From IMG/VR virus record IMGVR_UViG_3300020577_002484, positions 12,858 through 76,857 of that record: 64,000 nt of DNA, one strand, 5' to 3'. The translations under genes and the position numbers were made by a program. Of the stretch, positions 56,462 through 63,971 are shown in pieces. The number at the start of each line of letters is the position of its first letter. Within the stretch, counting starts at the first letter, position 1. This DNA is from a virus. Its lineage: Duplodnaviria; Caudoviricetes. The notes beneath the pieces were generated by a model. It saw only the letters and a program-made list of their open reading frames with translations, did not search any database and had not been told where the DNA came from.

Positions 56462-57883
56462 CTACTTTTGGAGGTTCTGCCCCGCCATGAACTGCTTCAT
56501 AATACTTTCGACAGTTTCAAGGGTCTGAAGGGCACCGGGACTATTGACGGCTATTTGTTGCTTGGCATAAGCAAAAGCCCTTGAGGTGTTGTCCACCTCA
56601 ACTGGTACTGTTACCGTCTCAGTGTGAATGACAGGAGGGGAGGGAGGATGTTGAGTATGAACGGGGAACGCTCTATATTCAATCTTACCATCTTGTTGGT
56701 AATCAGGTGGTAGCTGAGGTTGTATCCTGACATCATTGTTATCAAACTTCGTTTGAGCGTTTCTCAAGGTATCATAATCAGTGGGTGTGGCTATCGGATT
56801 GGCATTGAGCCTTTGGGCCCGTCTATTGACTGCACCTTTGGCTAGGAAGCCGAGGATACCAGCACCCACGCCGATCAGACCCACACCTGGCACAGCGTAC
56901 CCAACAACGGTCGAGACACCACTAACGATGCTAGTAACAGTGTCGATCTTCCTAATGATCTGTTCCTGCTTGTCAGTAGAGGTGGTTAGGTCGGTCTTAG
57001 TGGGTAGGTCTTTGCGAAGATCGTCTTTGAGACCATTGAACTGCGTGGTCACATGCTCCCTGAGCAGTTCAAAACTTTTTTGAGCCTTGGGGCTGTCTTT
57101 TGGTTGGTCCTTGGGACTGTCCTTCGCTTGGTCCTTGGGGCCATCCTTAGGTTGTTCGGGAAGGGTGACTGAGGGGGTGGTAACGACTTTCGGTGGGGCT
57201 TGGTACTGTGGATTTGGTACAGTTACCTTACCTTGTGGGGTGAATATTGAGAGTGGGGTACCGAGGAACAACTTGATCGTCACAAGGTTGATGTAATCAG
57301 AAGTTGTTTGGAAGTCCGTTCCCCAGATCAGGCCGACAAGGTAATCACCTTGGCACAAACCTGCCCCACTGACTCCCTGTCTGACCGGGGTATTGACACG
57401 CTTGCCATCACCAAATGAGGTTGTTGTGATGAGACGAAAGTCTGTGGAGCTACAGTCAGTGATAGTCAAGGTGGTGTTAGCAGGAACCTTATTACCAATG
57501 GGTATCTTGACCACACTGAAGGGGGTTGTGTCATTGAGTCTCAGACTGATGATGGCCAGATCGTACTTGAATGAGTAGCGGGTCACCCAGCCATCGTACC
57601 ATCCGTGAAGAGTACCCACTTTAGCTTTATAGTAGATCGTGGATCGGCAAAAGCCACCTTCACAATATTGTACTGGGGTTTGGACGGCATCAGAGAATGT
57701 GTGGGCGGTCGTTAGGATAGAGACGTTGGTAGTGTCTTTGTAGATACAGATACCACTCCCGATCAGTGTGTTACCGTTAGTGGCTTTGGCTACCACCTGA
57801 CAAGAAGCCCTTGTGGGTAAGGGCTGGGCCGAACAGGTTGTTGGTAACAAGGTGACGAGTAGGATTGGTATCAGTACCTTCAT
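56462..57883 (-). CDS. Secreted or membrane trypsin-like serine protease
   Basis: Signal peptide, LTTAH, YDLAI, QGVSGAG triad, CEGGFC, PKDQ/PKDS linker, TM segment GVGLIGVGAGILGFL. Confidence 0.75.
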   Translation of the reverse strand: MKVLIPILLVTLLPTTCSAQPLPTRASCQVVAKATNGNTLIGSGICIYKDTTNVSILTTAHTFSDAVQTPVQYCEGGFCRSTIYYKAKVGTLHGWYDGWVTRYSFKYDLAIISLRLNDTTPFSVVKIPIGNKVPANTTLTITDCSSTDFRLITTTSFGDGKRVNTPVRQGVSGAGLCQGDYLVGLIWGTDFQTTSDYINLVTIKLFLGTPLSIFTPQGKVTVPNPQYQAPPKVVTTPSVTLPEQPKDGPKDQAKDSPKDQPKDSPKAQKSFELLREHVTTQFNGLKDDLRKDLPTKTDLTTSTDKQEQIIRKIDTVTSIVSGVSTVVGYAVPGVGLIGVGAGILGFLAKGAVNRRAQRLNANPIATPTDYDTLRNAQTKFDNNDVRIQPQLPPDYQQDGKIEYRAFPVHTQHPPSPPVIHTETVTVPVEVDNTSRAFAYAKQQIAVNSPGALQTLETVESIMKQFMAGQNLQK

Positions 57884-58061
57884 GATTTTCTCTCTTTGTG
57901 CATAGACTTCTACCCTCTAATAGAGAGTAGGATACTTTTTGGGAAAAATTTACTTTTGACCCTACCTCTAGATTGGATTTATATGGTACGTCTACCAAGA
58001 ATACATTTGACCCCTCCCTCCCTTAGGTCCAAAGATCCTTAGATCCTTTGTGGGTAAGGGA

Positions 58062-58183
58062 CATTGATCCTTTGGCCTAGATTTTCTTTAGATACATTGA
58101 TCCTTTGGGCCAAATTTACACAGTCTCATTGACTCTTAGATCCTCTTTGGGTTAATCCTTTAGATACATTGTTCCTTTGGGCC
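58062..58183 (+). repeat. 17-bp CATTGDTCCTTTGGGCC boxes, left cluster
   Basis: Copies at 58062, 58095 and 58167; two are preceded by TTTAGATA. Confidence 0.8.
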
Positions 58184-58291
58184 TTCTCAAAATTTAGTGA
58201 ACTTGTCTTTGTCAAAGCAGGGGTCGGGAATTGGGCCGGGGTGTCGTCGAATTGATCACACTTTTGACCCCTCCTGTGTCCTCATTTTGAT

Positions 58292-58375
58292 TGGCACGAA
58301 ATTTGCAGGTGTCGTCCGATTGATTGGCACGGCATTTGCAGGGTGTCGTCGGGTTGATCCGGCACGGTATTTGCA
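58292..58375 (+). promoter_or_regulatory. Three tandem sigma54 (-24/-12) promoters
   Basis: TGGCACG-AAAT-TTGCA (58292), TGGCACG-GCAT-TTGCA (58325), CGGCACG-GTAT-TTGCA (58360); all keep GG-N10-GC. Confidence 0.8.
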
Positions 58376-58493
58376 TAGTGTAGTCGTTCCTATTTCTGAG
58401 AATTCCGAGATTCTGGGGTTTACATTTTGAAACATGACGATAAAATGGGAGTGTGGGCAGACGAACAACACTCAAACCTAGGGAGAACGGACC

Positions 58494-59072
58494 ATGACGA
58501 AATTTACAGCCTGTGACGATTACTACGACGCACGGCAACATGCAGCAGACACAGGGAAGAAAATTTGGAATACTGTTATCGCAACCAAGTTCCTACGCAA
58601 ACGGTTCAAGGGCAGGGGTTATGGCAACCGGATCGCAGACCGCTTGGATGAGACATTGCAAGCGGCGTGCGTACGCTGGATTCGATCCGGCGGAAGATTA
58701 TCCCCTGCAACATGCTGCATATTCGAGGATCGACGCTTAGCAGCTAGGGAGGCACGATGGGGTCAAGTAGCGTCCTTTTCAGTCCTTTCCGAGGAACATC
58801 TTGATGAGGTTCTTACGCTGGCAACCGTGCAAGATATGATCGAAGGCGATGCGTCCCTAATCCCCTCTCTAGAAATCATTCTGGACTACTCATCCGACAG
58901 TCAGGAGCGTGAACTAATGATGTTGCTCGCGGAGGGATGGGACAAATCCGCCATTGCCGACCACCTTGGTATTTCACGTCCTACACTCTACAAGCGTATC
59001 AAGACGTGTCGTGAACGCCTCGTAGAACGGATGGGGGAGATTCTATCCGATGACCTGAACCAAGTCGCCTGA
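58494..59072 (+). CDS. ECF-like sigma or sigma region 4 HTH regulator
   Basis: C-terminal ERELMMLLAEGWDKSAIADHLGISRPTLYKRI...RERL; AGGGAG RBS. Confidence 0.7.
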   Translation: MTKFTACDDYYDARQHAADTGKKIWNTVIATKFLRKRFKGRGYGNRIADRLDETLQAACVRWIRSGGRLSPATCCIFEDRRLAAREARWGQVASFSVLSEEHLDEVLTLATVQDMIEGDASLIPSLEIILDYSSDSQERELMMLLAEGWDKSAIADHLGISRPTLYKRIKTCRERLVERMGEILSDDLNQVA

Positions 59073-59086
59073 GACGATACGGCATC

Positions 59087-59114
59087 AAGAGGGAGGAGAA
59101 ATCCTCCCTCTTTT
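59087..59114 (+). terminator. Intrinsic terminator
   Basis: AAGAGGGAGGA-GAAA-TCCTCCCTCTT followed by TT. Confidence 0.8.
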
Positions 59115-59116
59115 GC

Positions 59117-59147
59117 TTTACACTCTCGATTCTCATTGGTGTACAAT
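59117..59147 (+). promoter_or_regulatory. Sigma70-type early promoter P1
   Basis: TTTACA-19-TACAAT; nearly identical to P2 and P3. Confidence 0.7.
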
Positions 59148-59274
59148 GGTGTGAGGGTGTTGGAAACAATCACCTCACGGGGAGCAATCGGCCCAACCGA
59201 ACGGGGTTTCAAGATTCCAGAAAACTTGAGCAGATTGGTAGCGATACCTGCCAGATTGGCAGTCTGAAACATGA

Positions 59275-59332
59275 CTGCCAAACTGGCACCTGCCAAACTG
59301 GCACCTGCCAAACTGGCACCTGCCAAACTGGC
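59275..59332. repeat. Tandem 15-bp repeat CTGCCAAACTGGCAC (about 3.9 copies)
   Basis: Each unit holds TGCCA-N3-TGGCA; related copies at 59249 and 62801. Confidence 0.9.
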
Positions 59333-59349
59333 TGGTCAAAAATTGACCG

Positions 59350-59380
59350 TTTACACTCTCGATTCTCGATGGTGTATAAT
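59350..59380 (+). promoter_or_regulatory. Sigma70-type early promoter P2
   Basis: TTTACA-19-TATAAT. Confidence 0.75.
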
Positions 59381-59510
59381 AGTGTAAGGACAACAATGAA
59401 AACTATCCGTGAAAGCGGCGGGCACAGCCGGATCTGTGAAGGCCACCTGCGGGCCAGTCCGCAGGATTTTGAACCCTTGAATCTGCGGACCTCAGAAAGA
59501 GAGGTGCCGT

Positions 59511-59774
59511 ATGAAAAATCTGAATCTTGAACAGGATAAAGTGGGGGAAATCATTCCCCTTTCAATCCAATTGAAGGAACAGGCTTTGCTAGCTCAAAAC
59601 GGTTTGCTGTTCAATGAAATTGTTCGCAAATTGAGGAGAGCAGCACGGAACGCGGAGTTTGGGATCGTGGTACCATACCTCGATGAAAACACCTGCGACC
59701 GTTTGACTTCCGAAGGGTTCAAACTCAAGACCAGCAAAGGCTTCGATGATTGGTTCATCGTGTCATTCGAGTAA
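59511..59774 (+). CDS. Early hypothetical protein
   Basis: AGAAAGAGAGGTG RBS, 87 aa. Confidence 0.75.
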   Translation: MKNLNLEQDKVGEIIPLSIQLKEQALLAQNGLLFNEIVRKLRRAARNAEFGIVVPYLDENTCDRLTSEGFKLKTSKGFDDWFIVSFE

Positions 59775-59821
59775 AATGGTCCAGCAGATTCAACGGTTCA
59801 ACAGTAGAAAGAGAGGTGCCC

Positions 59822-60040
59822 TTGACCCGGATCACTGTGGTCCCGGCCTATGGTCGAGACTACGAATCCCGTGCCGAGGTTGAACAGGCCGTTCTTGTCG
59901 ATCAAAAGGATTTCCTTATTCGCGACGTCTCTTGTCGATGGAATGGTGCTTACGTCTCGGCTCGGGATCTGCAAAGCGGGGACGTTCTTAACGTCCGTTA
60001 CAATCGCCTAACTCAATCAACGGAGGTACGAATACCATAA
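59822..60040 (+). CDS. Early hypothetical protein (TTG start)
   Basis: Same AGAAAGAGAGGTG RBS precedes an in-frame TTG. Confidence 0.7.
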   Translation: MTRITVVPAYGRDYESRAEVEQAVLVDQKDFLIRDVSCRWNGAYVSARDLQSGDVLNVRYNRLTQSTEVRIP

Positions 60041-60312
60041 TGGTCGCTCCCGCGAAAACATGGGAGCTGATGATTACGTGTGGGGGAGGGGTGGATACTT
60101 TGTCAATCAACCCCGATCTCGCGGTTTCCAACGAAGAGTTGGTGAGAGCTATCTACGATGGGTTTCGGTTACTGTGTCTCTCCCACGGGGTGAGGCAATA
60201 TAACTTCTCAACCGAATTCATCCGCGACACAATCAACATCTCAAAGTATCCTTCTGGGATGCAGGTTAGTTGGGAATGTAGTGGTCATCTGCTCTGCATC
60301 CGCCTCAAATAA
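60040..60312 (+). CDS. Early hypothetical protein
   Basis: TAATG coupling, 90 aa. Confidence 0.65.
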   Translation: MVAPAKTWELMITCGGGVDTLSINPDLAVSNEELVRAIYDGFRLLCLSHGVRQYNFSTEFIRDTINISKYPSGMQVSWECSGHLLCIRLK

Positions 60313-60369
60313 ACAATCAACCTGACACCTCACCCTCCCTTGAGGGTGTGGACTCAGCTTGATTGTACC

Positions 60370-60399
60370 TTTACACTTTTCGGTGTGATGGTATATAAT
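60370..60399 (+). promoter_or_regulatory. Sigma70-type early promoter P3
   Basis: TTTACA-18-TATAAT. Confidence 0.75.
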
Positions 60400-60527
60400 A
60401 GTGTGCAACGATGGTTTGGTCTTAACGTGTCAAGAGAGTTTTACGTTCAACCTTTTACGGTGTGGGTTGGTATCGTTACCAACCCCGAACGGTTCTCAAT
60501 TGAACGATTAAGAAAGTGAGTTTTACT

Positions 60528-61820
60528 ATGGCCAAACATCGTAGCGTCTCGGTTGCCGTCCCCTTCTGGCAGATCGCGTGGTTCCCCTCCTTGAACTTCA
60601 GCCGTCAGGCTGATCCGGTCAAGATGGATTCCGCGAAGATGAAGGAACTGACCATGTCCATCAAGAACCACGGGTTCATCATGGATCGGTCGGTTCACAT
60701 CGTCATGATCACGCCGGAACTCGCGGATGAGGCGGTCAAACACCGTCAGGGTATTTTGGACCGGGTTCGGTCGGCCTACAAGGCCACACCGACTCCGACC
60801 ACCGAGTACAACATGAAGATGTTTGAGTACCTCTGGTGCGACAAGGACGGAGCGGTACGGACACCACTGTACCGCGGTTTCACGGGTCACTGTCGGTCGG
60901 AGGCTTATCCGATCGCAATGGCCCAACGTGCGGAGATGAAGGAGTCTTTCGACTTCGATGCAGTCACCGGCGGTGCAGAATTCCCGGCGATCCTGTACAA
61001 GGATCTCCCCGACCTGCAACTGGTGGAAATGCAAGCGGTCGAAAATCAGCTCAACATCACCGGCGTCAACGTCCCGACGGCGGAAGACTGCTACTTCAAC
61101 GTCCGCAAGGCTGTGGAGTACGGTGCAACGCAGGATTGGGCGAGGGACACCTACAAGGCTGGTACCGGTCGCAAATACTGGTATCTTGCCAAGGTGGACA
61201 ACGCCCACCCACATCTGGACGTTGGCGGTCGAATCCTCGACAAGGAGTCGACCACTCGGTGGTGGAATCTGGCCAAGTTCAGCCATCAGGACATGCGGGA
61301 GATTTACGTGCGTTCCGACAAACTCCTCCTCACCGAGGAGAATGAGAAGCGGACGAACAAAGGTCAGCCCGAATGGTCCGCGATGAACGAACAGGACATC
61401 GTTCTCCGGCTCGAAACTCTGATGGGTCGTGGGGGTGTGCCGCAAGCTGCCCCTCCGAAGATGTTGGAGAAGAAGGTCGTCGAAGGAATGTCACAAGGTC
61501 ACCGGAACCAGATCGTTCGTGCCGCGATGGCTGCTGTCGCGAAGGGCGATACGGTTCACCTGCAACGGCTGGACGGTTTGACGGATGGTGCCAACGCCTT
61601 GATGAAGATCGGTCCCAATACCGTTCTAAATACGGCCTTGAGCCACCTGTCCAACCTCTCGCCGGAGAATTTCCAAGAATGCCTGACCAAGGTGTCGGAG
61701 CTGATCGGCAGCTACCCTGTTGCCGAACAGCCCTCCGAAGTCAAGGCGGAAACGGCTCCCATTGAGCCGGACCGTCTGGCCACCTCGGACACGGAAGAAA
61801 TGGAAAACGCTCAAGCATGA
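60528..61820 (+). CDS. Divergent ParB-like protein 3
   Basis: NFSR...KMKELTMSIKNHGF, insert of about 50 aa, YRGFTGHCR.EA, FPAIL...QAVENQ; GC3-biased codons. Confidence 0.6.
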   Translation: MAKHRSVSVAVPFWQIAWFPSLNFSRQADPVKMDSAKMKELTMSIKNHGFIMDRSVHIVMITPELADEAVKHRQGILDRVRSAYKATPTPTTEYNMKMFEYLWCDKDGAVRTPLYRGFTGHCRSEAYPIAMAQRAEMKESFDFDAVTGGAEFPAILYKDLPDLQLVEMQAVENQLNITGVNVPTAEDCYFNVRKAVEYGATQDWARDTYKAGTGRKYWYLAKVDNAHPHLDVGGRILDKESTTRWWNLAKFSHQDMREIYVRSDKLLLTEENEKRTNKGQPEWSAMNEQDIVLRLETLMGRGGVPQAAPPKMLEKKVVEGMSQGHRNQIVRAAMAAVAKGDTVHLQRLDGLTDGANALMKIGPNTVLNTALSHLSNLSPENFQECLTKVSELIGSYPVAEQPSEVKAETAPIEPDRLATSDTEEMENAQA

Positions 61821-61895
61821 TTTCATCTCTTGACCGTTAGGACCAAACCATCGTTGCACACCACACTAAGGGAAAATAGAAAGAGAGGTGATGGA

Positions 61896-62288
61896 GTGAG
61901 TTTGTACGGTAGATTCTTGGCAATCTATCGCAAGGTACTACTACCGTTTCCCGAACTCAAGAAGGAGATTCCCGAGGAACATATGCAATCCATTGCGTTC
62001 CTCAATGGTCTCTTTCTTGAGGAAGATCCCCAGACCTCAACCGAACACGGGATGGCTGAATTGAACAGACTCAATTCGGCCAACCCGGCCAACGACGCTC
62101 TGAAAGCTGACATCAGCTTCCGTCGGGTCAAGATGAAAGATACTGGGGACATTCGGTACATGGTGGTTTACACCGTCGATAGTGTCAAGATTTTCCAGTT
62201 GTGGGCACCATCCATCATTTATGGTGTCCTTGTGATCTTCCTTCAGTTGCTGCGTGTCGTCCCACCCGTCGAGGATCAGGAGGTGTAA
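61896..62288 (+). CDS. Early hypothetical protein (GTG start)
   Basis: AGAAAGAGAGGTG RBS before an in-frame GTG; hydrophobic C-terminus. Confidence 0.65.
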   Translation: MSLYGRFLAIYRKVLLPFPELKKEIPEEHMQSIAFLNGLFLEEDPQTSTEHGMAELNRLNSANPANDALKADISFRRVKMKDTGDIRYMVVYTVDSVKIFQLWAPSIIYGVLVIFLQLLRVVPPVEDQEV

Positions 62289-62289
62289 C

Positions 62290-62400
62290 ATGGGTGCGGG
62301 CGGAATCTTTCTGCTGATCATCCTGTTTCTTGCCGCTCAAACCGTCATGTCACTCAAGAAATGGCATGATGATGAACGTCGCAAGAACAGGAAACGCTAA
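62290..62400 (+). CDS. 36-aa single-TM peptide, not in the ORF track
   Basis: AGGAGGTG RBS; MGAGGIFLLIILFLAAQTVMSLKKWHDDERRKNRKR. Confidence 0.6.
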   Translation: MGAGGIFLLIILFLAAQTVMSLKKWHDDERRKNRKR

Positions 62401-62406
62401 AACCCC

Positions 62407-62460
62407 AAGACCCACTCCCTGCCCGCACTTACGTGTAGGCAGGGGTGGGTCTTTTTTTTT
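62407..62460 (+). terminator. Intrinsic terminator ending the early cassette
   Basis: AAGACCCACTCCCTGCC...GGCAGGGGTGGGTCTT followed by a long T tract. Confidence 0.88.
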
Positions 62461-62580
62461 GGCCCAAAGGACCATTGGACCTGATGGCCCATAGGATCAA
62501 TGGGTATAGATACCGCCGGGTACCTGTCGGCTAACCACCCAGATTGGGGTCGATTTTGAGTTCCATTGGTCCTTTGGGCC
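62461..62580. repeat. 17-bp CATTGDTCCTTTGGGCC boxes, right cluster
   Basis: Minus-strand copies at 62461-62477 and 62486-62502, plus-strand copy at 62564-62580. Confidence 0.8.
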
Positions 62581-62592
62581 TTAATATAAAAT

Positions 62593-62630
62593 AGCCACTT
62601 TATAACTTTACCGTTATAAAGTGGCTTTTT
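62593..62630. terminator. Perfect 14-bp hairpin with T tract
   Basis: AGCCACTTTATAAC-TTTACC-GTTATAAAGTGGCT-TTTT. Confidence 0.75.
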
Positions 62631-62706
62631 TTGTGCCCTCTTAAAAAATTTTTAGGGTTTTTGAGCCTTTGGGCCTATATGGTACGGCGGCTAAAATTGT
62701 TTTGGG

Positions 62707-62828
62707 ATGGTATTTGTACCACACTTTTGAGCTGTTGGGAATGGTGATTTACCATCACTTTTTAGCTGTCGAGAATGGTACAAATACCCTACTTTTTGTC
62801 TGCCAAAATGGCAATTTACCCCACTTTT
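62707..62828. repeat. Four degenerate tandem repeats with 33-34 bp period
   Basis: ATGGY-N5/6-TACC-N2/3-ACTTTT units start at 62707, 62741, 62775 and 62808. Confidence 0.8.
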
Positions 62829-63124
62829 GGAAGTTCGAGTAAAATAGCCTCTCCCGGAACCAAGACTCGGACAGTCACAGACTTCAATAACCTAGTAGGC
62901 GGGTAAAAATAGTCATCTTTCTCATGGTTGTTGAGACAAATGTAACCTTCATCCGTGGCCCTTACAAAATCATCAATCTGTAAACTGGTGGGATTACCTT
63001 CCAGACCAATAACCTGCCCAATTTCACCAGATTCAAGATCATAAAGTGTCTTTTGGGGAGATAAACTGTCCGGTCCAGTGTTCTGGCAGATTGAGTACGG
63101 GTTAGTGAGTAGTGTGACCTTCAC
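62816..63124 (-). CDS. Hypothetical protein
   Basis: ORF of 102 aa, coupled upstream. Confidence 0.6.
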   Translation of the reverse strand: MKVTLLTNPYSICQNTGPDSLSPQKTLYDLESGEIGQVIGLEGNPTSLQIDDFVRATDEGYICLNNHEKDDYFYPPTRLLKSVTVRVLVPGEAILLELPKVG

Positions 63125-63330
63125 TTTCTCACCTCCTTTTTCTTCTTTTCCTTTCTTGATTCCTTCTCTTCGAGACTTGCTGTGAGGAGAGCATGCAGTC
63201 TGGCCCTTTCCTTGGTCGCCCCGACACCCACACCGAGTCGTGAATCGAGAATACCAAGCTGTTTGGAGGGAGAAATACCTCTTGATTCAATGGTTGAAGA
63301 CACGAACTTCTCAGTCCGACGACTGTTCAC
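63121..63330 (-). CDS. Small basic phage protein
   Basis: LDSRLGVGVGATKERARL motif, coupled to the sigma gene. Confidence 0.6.
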   Translation of the reverse strand: MNSRRTEKFVSSTIESRGISPSKQLGILDSRLGVGVGATKERARLHALLTASLEEKESRKEKKKKEVRK

Positions 63331-63971
63331 AGTTTACCTTCCCTTTCAATAATTAAGGCAGCATGTCGACGCATAAGTTTCAGAGCAGCAGTGGTTCTGT
63401 GGATAACTGTACTATTGTGTATACCCAGAATCTTTTCACACTCTAGAGTATTGTATCCGTACCAAAAACGTAGTTCAATGATTGTTTTGAGCCTTTCAGG
63501 CAGCATTACAGTGAGTCTATCGAAGTTTTCCCGCTGAACCCACTCGGGTTCCCCACATGAGGATTTATCCAAAGGACCAACGAACCTTGGGAACAGGTGT
63601 TCAACGGGTGGAAGACAATGAGCAGACTCAATCTCCTCCTCTTCAAACCGAGTAAGCTTTCTCCTCAAGGTGTTGGATAGAGAAATCTTGGCATTGAGGC
63701 AGGGTTTATACTTACGAAGGTAGTTTCTGACGTTGGGTTGAGACTTTCTTAGCCCATCAATGAAAGCGTACTGGACACAAGTTATCAAGTATGACTTGAA
63801 AGTGGTGCCTTTGGATGGGTTGTAAGTGTCAATGGCCCTTTGGACGGCTGCCGAACATTGTGACCTGACAACGTGTTCGTTAACAAATTCGGGATATAAC
63901 TTGATCCGTTGGGTCACGAAATCCATTGCATAGGAGTGTGCCAGGGTAAAATCGGGTATGCAGCGGACCAA
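63327..63971 (-). CDS. FliA/WhiG-like sigma70-family sigma factor
   Basis: AIDTYNPSKGTTFKSYL..CV..AFID.LRK (region 2.3-2.4) and LPERLKTIIELRF..GY...E...ILG (region 4); start uncertain (63971 or 63926). Confidence 0.85.
   Translation of the reverse strand: MVRCIPDFTLAHSYAMDFVTQRIKLYPEFVNEHVVRSQCSAAVQRAIDTYNPSKGTTFKSYLITCVQYAFIDGLRKSQPNVRNYLRKYKPCLNAKISLSNTLRRKLTRFEEEEIESAHCLPPVEHLFPRFVGPLDKSSCGEPEWVQRENFDRLTVMLPERLKTIIELRFWYGYNTLECEKILGIHNSTVIHRTTAALKLMRRHAALIIEREGKL

Noticed and set aside
58212-59396. Minus-strand ORFs 58212-58541, 58256-58471, 58988-59326 and 59175-59396
   Set aside because: By-products of the repeat arrays (for example ASLAG and CQFGR repeats) in promoter regions
59396-59530. 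44-codon ORF after P2
   Set aside because: It has an RBS-like sequence but contains a hairpin, overlaps the next gene's RBS and start, and has no protein-like features; a leader peptide is possible but unsupported
60447-61445. 332-aa minus-strand ORF and alternative-frame ORFs within ParB3
   Set aside because: Shadow and off-frame ORFs of a GC-rich gene; promoter and RBS support only the plus-strand frame
58240-62830. Repeat arrays as CRISPR or mini-CRISPR
   Set aside because: Periods of 15-35 bp leave no room for unique spacers, the inter-repeat parts are themselves similar, and no cas genes are present; the Cas4-like nuclease at 21-1124 is a common phage exonuclease
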